Shown here piece after piece: positions 1 to 13,180 of a DNA stretch of 64,000 bases. Within the stretch, counting starts at the first letter, position 1; the number at the start of each line of letters is the position of its first letter. The notes below the pieces were generated by a model. It had not been told where the DNA came from and made no database searches. It saw nothing but the letters and a program-made list of their open reading frames with translations. Origin of the DNA: the human T2T-CHM13v2.0 reference genome, Homo sapiens; NCBI RefSeq assembly GCF_009914755.1, contig NC_060929.1; one strand, 5' to 3'. A program made the translations under genes and the position numbers.

Positions 1-683
1 ACCATGTGGGCAATGGAGTTCACATCAATCAAGTTACTTAACTTGTCCAAGCTTATAACTCTTTTTTTACTTCTTCCTTTATTGAAGTATAAGTGACAAA
101 TAAAAATATTTCAGAGATTCAAATTTTTCTATAAATCAGGCTAACACTGATGGGAACTGTACTGGGAAAATTAAATGAAACAAAATATTTGGAATGCCTC
201 TCAAAATTCCTTGCCCTGGGTGGATAAAACATATTAGATTATGCTAATTCCTTTTACATGCTCTTTCCTTTTACAATCTATTATGATAATAAATCTTTTG
301 AAATGCATGCAGGTAAGTTAAAGGCATGTCAAATAAGATCTCTGAGCAACAGCGTAAGGAAGCCCAAACTTTATTTATAACACATTTAGTAAGCCATTGT
401 GGCTGAAATTTACTTTTGATCCCCTAGGAATTGAGACTTGAATGACTGATGGGGCCAGATTGCAAATATTTTAAATATTAGATGAAACAAATTTGACTCC
501 ATAGGCAGTGTGGAAACTTTAAAACTCATAGACATGGTCAATTGTACTTAAAAAGAGGAATATGACTCAACTGTTCAGGAGAATAAGGCCTCCCAGTTAC
601 AATTTCATAATAACATAATTCACATAGAAGATAAGAAAAATATTTTATTGTTGCTCTAAGAAGAATACTTAAATTTTTAAAAT

Positions 684-997
684 ATTTATTTCTTTATTTC
701 TTTATTTATTTTGAGATGGAGTCTCACACTGTCGCCCTGGCTGGAGTGCAGTGGCGGGATATCGGCTCCCTCCTATCTCCGCCTCCTGGGTTCAACTGAT
801 TCTCCTGCCTCAGCCTCCTAAGTAGCTGGGATTACAGGCGCCCCCCACCACCCCAGCCATTTTTTTTTTGTATTTTTAGTAGAGACGGGGTTTCACTATG
901 TTTGTCATGCTCGTCTTAAACTCCTGTCTTCAGGTGATCCACCCGCCTCTGCCTCCCAAGTAGCTGGGATTACAGGCATGAGCCACCGCACCTGGCC
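684..997 (-). mobile_element. Alu (AluS-type), T-rich tail at left
   Basis: Reverse-complement Alu from ttgagatggagtctc to gagccaccgcacctggcc; partial flanking repeat gaatac. Confidence 0.93.
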
Positions 998-1002
998 GAA
1001 TA

Positions 1003-1210
1003 CCTTTTATTGAACATTTGTTATGTGCCAGGGAGCATTCTCTGTGCTTTGCATGTAATATATGTGATTCTCACAATAAGCCAATGAGACAGTCACTATT
1101 GCTGTTTTCCAATGATAAGGAAACTGAGTTGCAAGAAATTTGTCCAAGAGTACATAGTTTTAAGTAATAGAGGCAGATTTTAAGCTCATGCTCTTAAATA
1201 TTATGTACCA
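1003..1210 (-). mobile_element. MIR fragment
   Basis: ttattgaacatttgttatgtgccagg...aatgataaggaaactgag...tgtccaagagtacatag matches the MIR core in reverse. Confidence 0.7.
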
Positions 1211-2588
1211 CTTAATCCCTAAGAATGGAAAGGAAGCAAAAAATAAATACAAAGAACTTGGTCAAAAGTTCAGTTGCATATGTGCAAGTGATATGGCTGT
1301 GACTTCTATCACCTTGTTGAACCTCATGTTTGGTCTGAAAGTCTGATTGGCTAAAGTGAAGGTTTCATCTTTTCTCAGTCTTCTGTAAATCCTCCTCCCC
1401 AAAGGTAGGGTCTTGGGTGGATAATCCCAGCATGCAGAAAGTCACTCCCAGGTAGGAATATACAGAAGGTTGTGCTCCTCTGAAAAGCCACCAAAGAAAA
1501 CAGACATAGGAAAGAATGTGAAGGAAAATAAAAGGTTGATTCTGAGATTTCCTATGATGGAAGTGTGGGAAAAAGTTAGGTAATTAATAGTAGATGCACA
1601 CACACTAAAGGAGGGAGGGAAGAAGGAAGCAAGGAAGAAAGAAGAAAAATGACCCACTTCTGAGATGCCATTTAAAAGTACAGTACTAAAATTCAGAACA
1701 CATGAATTCAAATCAAGACTCTTTACAATAAAACCAGTGGCCCATATTCTCTTCCCTAAAATAAAAAGTTGTTCTAGGTGAAAATGAGAAGTAAAATCCA
1801 CTCATGGAGTTTAATTTTAAAATAAATATATTGAAATGTGTAAATTTTTATCTTCTTTCTCTTCAAAAGATTTATATCATATAAGAAATGTACCCAGTAT
1901 GAACAACTACACATAAACAAATGTTATTGCTGAAATAAAAAAATCTTCTTTAGCATTGGAACTCAAGTCTTGAAATAAATAATAAGAGGATACTGAAAGC
2001 ATTATCTCAAAATATTATGAGGTCGCTAAAATGCTATTAATATCTTTAATTTATTTAAATGTAATCTAAAATACAATTATCTTTTCTGATATAAAGCAAT
2101 GGATTAAAATAAGACATAAAATTAGAGAGTTATCCCAGGACTTCAGCTACGGACAAGTGGTAAGGACGGCTCTGTCTTACACTGTCTTTATTCACTTCAG
2201 CATATCAACAGAAAAGAATCTGTAAAATCAGGAAAGGTGCTTTTAGTCAGAGTGCTTACTTGTGAATCCACATTTTAAATCAAACTAAAACTTCACATTT
2301 ATCAGCTTTCTCCTTGGAGACTTGAATGGTATGACTAATTACAAGTTAGCACTTGTTTTTTCAAGAAAGGATAAAAAATAGAGCATATTGTAAAAGGAAC
2401 CAAAAAATGAATAAATTAAAATGATAAGACATCATAAAGACAACAATTTGTAAATACTTTTATCAATTAAAAAGAAATTCTAACAGCATCTGGTTGTCAA
2501 TGTATAGTTGCTTGTAATAAGTAATACGGAGGGTAAAGCGTTAACTGCTGTTCTTTATCTGGGACTTCACAATATATTTATAAAAGCG

Positions 2589-2938
<350 letters not shown>

Positions 2939-3699
2939 CTACTAATGCGGGGAGGTATCTTGTCTCGTTCATTACTTATTCCCACTGCCAAAGTATCTCA
3001 TAGTAGGTGTCCGGTAATCATTTTGTAAAGTTCTCTCATTTATTAAATTCAGTACAAAGCACATAGCAATATCAGTGAGACATAACATACACATAACTGA
3101 ATACTATATTTTCAAAATTGTATCCCACAAAACAACCAATTATTATAATGTTTATTATTTAATTTGACTACTTGTGACATTTGCATAGTGTTTCTTAAAT
3201 TTCAGTGAAGTCTATTTCCTTTGTTTCTGTTCTTATCTTGTCCATACCTAACTCCCAGAAACCGACTCTGGCTTAACTTAGAAAAAGTGATTTATTGGAA
3301 AGCTGGCTGGACCACAGAAATCACTAAAAAAATCATAGTCCCCGAACAATGGTTATGTCCCTGTCAGGGATACCTCAGCATTTCTCACTATCAGGGAACT
3401 CTGAACTTCCAGTTTACCCAGTTTTCTTACCCCATATTTCACTAGCCAAAGTCATAATTAGGAAAATGTGGTTAAACTAGTTTTGACCACATTTCTGTCC
3501 CTTTGCTGCTAGGCAGAGAGAAATGAAAATATTGATCAATTTTTGCTTCTGTAGTGGACAACAGGGCCCCTTTCTACATTTTTAAAGATTAGCCTTAAAT
3601 AACAAGAAATTGTCAGATACTGAATAGTTTTTTAAAAAGGCAAAAAAATAGTCCAATTGATCACTCCGTATTATTAATTTTTCCTTGTTGGCATTTTCT

Positions 3700-4260
3700 A
3701 GATTTTTGTTACTAGACATATTCTCTCTCAATTCACACCTCACTTCTTGCAGGAGATCAACTACTCTAACTCTTCAGTTAGCATGGTTAAGGAAATCTTT
3801 ATCTTCAACTCTAACTCCTACCTGAGTTTCAATCAGTTACTGAACTCCTCAGTGACTATCCCAATGATATTTCAAATCAGCATGTTCAAATTGAAAACCA
3901 TTACCTGTAGTGTTCTCTTTTCTCTTCCATAAACTTCTTGTTTTTTTCTTTATTTTCTAATACTATGTCACTATTACTTCTAGTGTCACCAAAATACAAG
4001 CATCTCAGAGACTTCTCACACTCCCTATTGTATTCCCCATATCTTCTTGGTCATCAAATTCTGCCTCATATATACTCCTTTTACCACCAAAATGTGACCC
4101 TTCCTATTTACTCTTCTTGCCACTGTCCAATTTTAGTTACGCCTTGCTTAGATTTTTTTTATAATTTAAATGGTCTTACAATCTTTAGTCTCATACTCCT
4201 CCAATCATCCATGCACATTTACTAATTATGAGAATTCTGTTTGATGAGACTTCCTGTGAA
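3700..4260. mobile_element. Old L2-like fragment
   Basis: Degenerate L2-type motifs (tcaaatcagcatgttcaaattgaa; tcatcaaattctg; ctcctccaatcatcc). Boundaries approximate. Confidence 0.4.
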
Positions 4261-4871
4261 TGAAATTTAAAATGTAGTGTTCTGGAATGTCAGTCTGCTT
4301 TAGAAAGCATAAGCTTGCCCCTTAAGCTTGAGGACACATGGGCCTGGCCAATAGTAATTCTCAGTGCCTTCAGAATTAAGAACCAAACCTTAGATTATGT
4401 CATTTTAACACTGGTTTTACTAAGTGCTGTCTTGTATTCATTGACACAATGTTAACATAGTGTCTGTCTCTCAATGAATTTATCACACTGTGGATTAATT
4501 ACATAGTTATGTTAGTTTCTTCTACCAGACTATGGATTCCTTAAACATATCTATTTTCTCTTTATGTTTCCAGGGCCTATCAGTCAAAGCCCAAAATATA
4601 GGAGAAATAAGATATGTAAAATATTTGCCAAAATGAATGGAAATATTTGAAGTTAAAAGTGCTATATCTTGATTAATTGTTTAATTTAATGATCACATTT
4701 TTCCTTCACATATAACACACATATTTTCTTTCAAAGAGTAAACTAAAAGATGTTTGTATAAGTAAAAATAATGACTATGTGAAAAATTTACTTCAATGAA
4801 ATGTTACAAAGACATCTTTGTTTATTTTAACACTTGTAAAGGACTTCAAGAATGCCAGGACCTCTTCTAAA

Positions 4872-4874
<3 letters not shown>

Positions 4875-4910
<36 letters not shown>
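4875..4910 (+). repeat. (CA)18 microsatellite
   Basis: 36 bp of uninterrupted CA. Confidence 0.97.
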
Positions 4911-4912
<2 letters not shown>

Positions 4913-4949
4913 TACATATTATATATATGTTTACACACACATATACATA

Positions 4950-5130
4950 AACTTAACATTTAAGCCTCATAACAACACAATGAAGTAGTACTACAATCAT
5001 ATGTACTTTACAGATGAGTAAACTGAAGCACAAACACAGAGGATGGGTGACCAGCCCAAGGTCATTGATTTGTAAGTGCTAGAGCTGGGGTTCAAAACCA
5101 AGCAGTCTACATCTGATTCTACACTCAAAC
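4950..5130 (-). mobile_element. MIR fragment
   Basis: cctcataacaac...tttacagatgagtaaactgaagcaca...cccaaggtca...gtaagtgctagagctggggttcaaa. Confidence 0.75.
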
Positions 5131-8100
5131 TTTTTTTTAATACCTGGGCTAAATAAACATACACATAGATGTGAAAAATACGTCATTAAACTTCATGAGC
5201 ATTGTTAGGAACTTGCTGTTACACTACATGAATTGTCAAGATAATTTAAATATGACATATTAATTTCACCATTTATCACAGACCATTAAGAATTAGCATG
5301 TGATTGTTTTCCTTTTTTCACAAAAGTGAATGTGGATATATTTATGGTAGTCAACTAATAGATATTTGAATCATAAATATGTTTCTTAAAATTGCACATA
5401 GAATCGATACTAGGTATACCCTCAAAATTCTGCCTTTGTAATTAAAAAGAAGTGTAATTTTTATTTGCCTGAGGAATGCAGGGAAAAAATATGAGTTGTT
5501 GAAAAATGCCCTGTGTATTGCGAAATAAAACTTTGAGTACAAGTTTGTAATTGGGATATTTAAAATTAGAGATTGGAGAACCAAGTGAGAATTCTCAAGA
5601 TGTATGTATCCTGACACATTCTTGCCAAAATCATCAGGGAAACTGACTACTCCATTGGTCTGTGGTTGCTGAGCAGTTACTACTGTTTAACAGAAGAAAG
5701 AACTGATTCAGCATAGTACTTAAGTCCTTAAAAATTATGTTGTGCACTAAAAAGAACGAAACAACATTTATTATGGCTGATACTGTAATCACCCATGATA
5801 GAAAACTAAGGTAGAAAAACTATAATTGTTCCCTTTGCAATTTATGCTGTTAATAAGGTATGTACAATGGGTACATTAGAGGGGTTGTAGGAAAAATATC
5901 TAACTCTTAGTGATTATACCATCAAATTGCCACAGAAATGTCGCTTTGACATTTAACTTTCTTGCTTAAATAAACAAAAAAACTTAATACCATATTCACT
6001 TGTCATTCTTAGAAATACCTTTTTGAAAGTATAACCCAAGGTTGAAAATGATTTTTAACTTAGTATATATTATTTATTCAATACTGAGTCCCAGAAAGAC
6101 AGTTGGTTTGATGCTCAAAAGATGTAGGCATTCTAATACCAATCAAGCATTGGGAAAAATATCATGAGTGTACAAAAATGAGTTTCAATTTCTGATATCA
6201 TAAGGTAGGCCAAGGCAATTTCACATTTATTACACCATACTTATTCTAAGGGGATCATTCTCAAGCTCTATTTTAACAGATTCATACTTTGACCTAGCTG
6301 TAATGCCTGATCCCCATAATGTTCTTATCCTCTGTATCTGATTCATTACAAAGCCCTAAAAATTCCTCTCAGAATTTCCCCTGAATATATTTCCTCTTGT
6401 ATGTTCTTATTGATACATTCTCAGCTGAGGTACCACCATGTTTCTTTGAACTAGTATTGTAATAATGTCCTTATTATTTTTCAAACAATTAACTAGACTC
6501 ATTGGTAGATCATGAATTAATTGTGTGCTCATTGATAACCAATTTTGAAAGAATAAAAAAGGATAGAGCGGATTATAACAGAAAATGACAGTGTTCCTTG
6601 AACATAATTTTAAGAAAATTTGTTGAAGACTTCCATATTTGTGTGCATGTGTAGTAGCCAGGGAAATAATACAAGGAGTAAACCATGATATAAAATCTAT
6701 TCTATTACTAATCATCTTTGTGAAAAGATATTAAAAGACACTGCTCTAACCAGTTGCTTGCCACAGGGACTGTCAACTTTATCAATTCTCTGTTTCAGAG
6801 ATGGTGTTTTGTTGTTTAAAATGTACGTTTAATCATGTTATGAACCTAACCAAACATCTTCAGTAGTTTCAGTCAAGATTCCTAATTGGGTCTTTCATAA
6901 CTATTCCCTCCCCTACCCAGAATTTTTGTTTTATACATCCTATTGCATATCTTAGATTCAAATATTATCAGACTACCTATGTCTTTGTTTATCTGTATTC
7001 CTTTATTTATGCTGATGTCTCTACCTGAAACTGCCTCTTTTCCTCAGACACCCTAGCCCTAAACCTGAAAAAGTCATATTTGTTCTTAAAAATCAACGAT
7101 TAATATCCATTTCAATGCTTTACATAATTTCCCAGGCAAAATTGTTTCCACTGCTCTGGTGTAAAAGTACTTACTCTTATCTGTATTCTACTATATATTA
7201 AACTCTGGCATATTTTGTTACTTGTATAGGGATTGACATCTTTAATAAGTTAGTAAAGCTACACATAATAATAATGAGAGCTTATGTCCTCCTTTTGCCT
7301 CATTATCAGTGCCTAGTTCTGTGAGTACCTTTAATAAAGCAATTTGGACACCGTTAGTGTATCAATTTATTTCCTTCATTAGAGTGTGATCACCTCAAAA
7401 GTCGAAACTTGCTCTTTATATTTGTATCTGAACTTTCTGATAAAGCACTGAATGAAGAAGTGAAGAACAATTATAAGAAAGATGAAAGTTATAATTACAT
7501 ATAACTTGAAACAATAGGCACTGACAAGTGTATTTGTGTTTGGCTTTGGAGTACATTTTTAACCTATGTCTTATTTACAGATAAGTATGATAGTTGAAAA
7601 ATAACAAGTACTTTAAATCAAAAACTCTAGCCATATTTTGGAAATCTATAGAAGGATAGATCTACCGACCATTTGCTAATGTCCATTTCATGTCAAAGAC
7701 AGATAACAATGATAACATTTCACATTAATATGAATCATACCATCGACACTAGGTGTTATCATCTTACTTTCTGCTATGATCTGAATGTCATCACTTTTTT
7801 CCTCCTCTAATATCTTCCTCACTTAGGGTGCCTTCTCTTTCATATATTTTATTTATCTGTTTATTATTATGGTCTTTCCAAGTGTGAATATGCTCATGTT
7901 TCTGTACTTCTCAGTATGTTTCTCTTCTGTTTATAACAATAACAACAAAACTCAAACAAACAAACAAAAAGCAGACCAACATGCTAACAAACTCCAAGGG
8001 TCCTTCTTGGACTATAAGATTCCATGCAAATTCTTAACATGATGTCATGATCCTTCATCATTTAAATTCAGCATATCTTGGCTTTTCCCCTTGAATGTTC

Positions 8101-8148
8101 TTTATTACGAACCTAACAATAGGGTGGTCTCAAATTCTGTCTTATCTT

Positions 8149-8588
8149 TTTTGTTATTATTATACTTTAAGTTCTAGGGTACATGTGCACAACGTGCAGG
8201 TTTGTTACATATGTATACATGTGCCATGTTGGTGTGCTGCACCCATTAACTCATCATTTACATTAGGTATATCTCCTAATGCTATCTCTCCCACCTCCCC
8301 CACCCCACGACAGGCCCTGGTGTGTGATGTTCCCCACCCTGTGTCCAAGTGATCTCATTGTTCAATTCCCACGTATGAGTGAGAACATGCGGAGTTTGGT
8401 TTTCTGTCCTTGCGATAGTTTACTCAGAATGATGGTTTCCAGCTTCATCCATGTCCCTACAAAGGACAGGAACTCATCCTTTTTTATGGCTGCATAGTAT
8501 TGCGTGGTGTATATATGCCACATTTTCTTAATCCAGTCTATCATTGATGAACATTTGGGTTGGTTCCAAGTCTTTGCTATTGTGAATA
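8149..8588 (-). mobile_element. 5'-truncated L1PA (3' end, ~440 bp) with 10-bp TSD
   Basis: L1PA 3'UTR (tatactttaagttctagggtacatgtgcacaacgtgcagg) plus ORF2 C-terminus (TIAKTWNQPKC...KKMWHIYT); TSD gtcttatctt at 8139-8148 and 8589-8598; target TT/AAGA on the element strand. Confidence 0.93.
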
Positions 8589-10499
8589 GTCTTATCTTAA
8601 GATCATGGAAAGTATTTGTCTGTGTGCTTACTGGTCCCATTGCTTCAGATTCCTCTTCGTCACATGTTGAATAATCATTCAGATGTACAGTGATTTAATT
8701 TAATTTGTAAGGCTTTGGAAGACATCATTAACTTGATTTTTGGAAAAGCTGTTATCAGTTTACATTTCCAAATGCATTTTACGAGAGTGCCAACATCAAT
8801 GTAACTTTTTACTGACTAGTAAACATTTTAAAAATCTTTGTTAGACTGATATATGAAAAATCGTTTACAATCTTTGTTTCAGAAAATGGGTGAAAACATT
8901 TAAAACATTTAAAATTTTAGATATTGTCATCATTTCCATTTTTTAAAATTTTTACTTGTAGATAAAATAATTTCTGTGTGAGGAGTGACATAATTAGAAA
9001 TAAAGAGCTGTACCTCTCATCACAACTTATATTTCATATTTCATGTGTAGTTTTAAGTTAAATTTTAAACATCATAATTAGAACAACATATAAATCATAT
9101 TTCTACATATAACATAAATTTTGCATTTAAAATCAATAAACAAAAATCACAATTTAATTAGTTTTATACAAATTATAAAATTTCATAGATCAAAATCATG
9201 AATAAGGTATTAAGCAAAATTACTGGAGAAAATGTGTGTAGCAAATATTAGATAAGCAATGTTACTATTCCTAAACTATAAGTGGTTATTCGTTTTAGTA
9301 GTAATTTTAAAAACATCATTCTAGTGCCCTAGACTTGGCTGTCTATCATGAACTTAGCTGTTTGCTATTTGCTGTTTGAGTTAAGGGAATACATATCCTC
9401 TGTGAGAGTAGAAGGATAAAGTCTTAAGGCCATTCATTGTGAACATGTAGAAAAATAAGATATTTTTTTTCTGTTCCAGAAAAGTCTATTTTGTCATAAA
9501 AGAGTTAGCATTCAAGGAGGTCAAGAAGGTGATTTAAAGCTTTCTGTAAATTATCTACCAGTGGAGAATAAAAAATCGATTGAATTATAAAATGCATTGT
9601 ACCAGCCAGTCAATTCCTCCATCCTTTTTCTTTGGGAAAAATATCATCCCTACTTTTAGGAATATAGATTATCATTAAATAATATATCTTTACCATATTA
9701 CCTTAGTTTTCTGAAGACATATATATCTTCACTACATTTATATCTAATTTTACATACTCAGATTTTGTAGACACTCCTATCTGAGTGATATTGCTTTGTT
9801 TTTTATATCACATTGTGTAACATATTATTCAGTGTCAGTTTTATCCAGTTATTTAGTGTCAACTTTACATATGTTTGATAAATTTGGGGAAAGTTCATCT
9901 TCTTATTCATATCAGACAATAATAATTTGTGTCTCTAGTCAACAGGCTTTCCTTTTAGCCATGGCTGTTAGAAAATGCAGTGCCAATTTTAAGTTTTACC
10001 TATGACGATGAACTCAAACAAGATGTCCTTTAGCATCACTCATTATGAGTTTTGTTTTACAGTTTGTGCTTTTCTTTACTATGTTCTCATCTGATAAATG
10101 AGAAAATCACTCTGCTGTTAATAGGCCTATTATTATTGACCTCACTGAACAGTGAAAATAGTGATGGTTGTCTAATATTACATTTATAGTAATTAATAGG
10201 AACCCAGATTTTCTGATCCCTAATCTTTAGAACATTTCACTGTATCACTCTTCTTAGTTCTGTATTTTCTTGTAAAGGTTTAAATTCTCTTTATATATGA
10301 CTCCTCTTATGTACTAATTTTGAAATTCAGTGTTTTAAAAATTCTGACAGCAGATACGTGAATACAAACCAAAATTTTCTCAACTCCTACATTAATTTTC
10401 TCATTAATTTATCCATTCAATAAATAAATTATATATACCTCAATGTATCAGGTTTTTCTTGGAAGTTATATTCTTTTTAAAAAATCTTATTCACTCTTT

Positions 10500-11132
10500 A
10501 TTATTTTGTGTTTATAATTGACACATAATAATCCTATATATTTATGGGGTACAGCACGTATAGATTATATAATGATCAAATCAAGGTAATTACCATATTC
10601 ATCACTTTAACATTTTTTTCATTTCTTTCTGGTGATAACATTGAAAATTTTTTTCTTGTATGTATCTTGAAATATACAATACATTGTAACTTTCTATAGT
10701 CAGCCTATTGTGTCATAGACACCAGAATTTATCCTTTTTGTCTGATAGGATTTAGCTGTGTCCCAACCCAAATCTCATCTTGAATTGTAGTTCTCATAAC
10801 CCTCAAGTATCATGAGAGGGACCAGATAGAGATAATTGATTCATGGAGGGAGTTTCCTCCGTCCTGTTCTTGTGATAGTGAGTGACTTCTCAAGAGAGCT
10901 GATGGTTTCATAAGGGGCTTCCCCTTTGCTGGGCACTCATTCTCTTTCCTGCCACCCTGTGAAGAGGTGCTTTCCACCATTATTGTAAGTTTCCTGAGGC
11001 CTACCCAGCCATATGGAATTGTGAGTCAAGCCTCTTTTCTTTATAAATTACCCAGTCTTGGATATTTATTTATTAGCAATGTGAGAATTGACTAAACTGT
11101 CTAACTGTAATTTTGTACCTATTGACCAACCT
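10500..11132 (-). mobile_element. L1MA-type 3' end fragment interrupted by a MaLR LTR
   Basis: tataattgacacataataat...ttatggggtacag; the L1 sequence resumes after the LTR as tgtctaactgtaattttgtacctattgaccaacctc. Confidence 0.7.
10743..11096 (+). mobile_element. Solo MaLR LTR (THE1/MST family)
   Basis: tgataggatttagctgtgtcccaacccaaatctcatcttgaattgtag...ttataaattacccagtct...gactaaa; near-TSD ttgtc/ctgtc. Confidence 0.88.
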
Positions 11133-11239
11133 CAGTGTACCAATCTTGGTGCTAGGTCCTAAAGATATGGGCTAAAAAAAAAAAAAAAAAAAATCAAACA
11201 TAGTGGGAGCTCCAGCGTGCCTAGGGCATATTGTCTAGG

Positions 11240-11402
11240 CCAGCACATCTCAAGCCTTAATGCACATAAGAATCACCTGGACACTGTAATCAAATGAACA
11301 TTCTGACTCAGCAGACCAGGTGCAAGTTCTGACATTCTGTAGTTCTAACAAGCTTCCAGGTGATAATGCTGGTCATCCAAGACCACACTTTGAGTAGCAA
11401 GG
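11240..11402. mobile_element. MER5-type hAT-Charlie DNA transposon relic
   Basis: agaatcacctgg...ttctgactcagcag...tctaacaagcttccaggtgat...accacactttgagtagcaagg. Confidence 0.75.
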
Positions 11403-12871
11403 ATTTACTTACATAAATAAGTACACATTTAAGTGGCCCTCTTAATTGATATCTTATTGCTGTTTTTGATTTATAAGGAAAAACATATGCACCAAGAGGA
11501 AATTAGGAGGAAAGTAGTCAAGGAGAGAAAAAGCTGCAGGGCAGGGAATGAAGATGTTGGTTAAGAAATTAAAAAGGAGTAAATAGAAGATAGTGATTTA
11601 AGCTAGAGGGAAGATGAGGAGAAGATAGAATGGAGGAAAGGTAAGTAGAAAGAAATAAGTAAATAAACAAACTTAAGTTAGAAATTCCAACTAATTAGCC
11701 AAAAGTGACAAAAAAAAATGTTATGTAGCTCTTAGTTGATTTCTGACTCACTATCTCTAGAAGACTCACTATCTCTAGTAGCTTTGTTTAAACAAAGTAA
11801 GGAGTGGTATTTGATGGTTAAAGAATATTAGGTGCCAATTGTAATTGTTAATCATTGCCTCCCTCAGAGTCCACCATATAACACCAAAGACAGTGCAGGG
11901 CCAGATTTTCTTGTTACCAAGGGGAAACAAGGTTTCTTTTCTATGAGGAACCAGTACTTAAGTGCTGCTTGAGAGTTTCTACAATCTCCAGCCATCCCAG
12001 AGAAAGGAAAGAATTTACCACCACTTTTCCAACAAAGGTGGGGAAGAGGAGACTAGGAGCGATGGAATGAGACTTTGCTCTCTGCCATCACTCAAAATCA
12101 CTATTAGGAAATATATGAATATTTTTTATTGAAAACCACTGTTGTGAAATTATTGAGTATAGCTAGTACAAATATTAGAATATGCTTTTATGTAGATACT
12201 TATGAGAGTAGATTATGTAAAAACTTGAAAGATAACTACAGAAAAAATGTAAAAGCACTTTAAGCATTGCTTTGCAAAATTCAAAACAATTTTCACAACC
12301 AACAAATTAAATTCCTTAATGTAATATATACACTATTACATTAATTTCAAAAGTACTCAAAGAGAAAGAACCTAAGAAAGGTTTTGAAAGACACTTTATA
12401 CAGATTGTATGAGGGAATCTTTCTAAACCTGTTTTCCTTTACCTATGGTGATATATAAATGATATATGCAATCTTTCAAACTCTCAATTCTTGAAATTTT
12501 ACAACACACTTTTTGACAAATAAGCATACATGGTGGGGGTACACTTGAGGCAAGGATTTTGTAGGAGCAATTCTATCACTCTGTGGTCTCTATAATAGGT
12601 AAGTTGTAAAACTCCAGGTAGACAGAAAGAGTACATATATTAATCTCAGTTTGTAAATTAGAAAACTAAATATAGAAAAGCTAAAAACTTCATCCAATAT
12701 CACCTACAATAAACTCTGATTGGACTCTTGGACTATATCTGAAGTGATGCTTTTCAGTGCAGCACAGCATCAATTTGATTCATATTTTTATGTCCTCTCT
12801 CTGTGCCTTTTCCTCTCTCTCCCTCTCCTTTTCCCCTCTCCCCTCTCTATATTTCTCTGCCTGTCATCTCT

Positions 12872-13180
12872 TTTTTCTTCCTTTTTTTGAGACAGGGTCT
12901 TGCTCTTGTTCTTGCTCTTTTATGCAGGCTCGAGTCTAGTGATACCATCATGGCTCACTGCAGCCTCAACCTCCCGGGGTCAAGTGATCCTCTCACCTCA
13001 GTCTCCTGAGTAGCTGGGACTACAGGCACACATCACTAAACCTGTCTAATTTTTTAATTTTTTTAGAGAAGGAGTTTTATCATGTTGCCCAGGCTGGTCT
13101 CAAACTCCTGGAATCAAGCAATCTTCCCACCTAGGCCTGACAAAGTGCTGGGATAACAGGTATGAGCCACTGTGCTCAGC
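12872..13180 (-). mobile_element. AluJ
   Basis: gagacagggtcttgctc...catggctcactgcagcctcaacctc...gttgcccaggctggtctcaaactcctgg; flanking repeat ctgtcatctct on both sides. Confidence 0.9.

Noticed and set aside
8140-8175. Sense-oriented L1 poly(A) signal as a premature terminator in intron 3
   Set aside because: The element strand reads AATAATAAC; the AATAAA hexamer is mutated.
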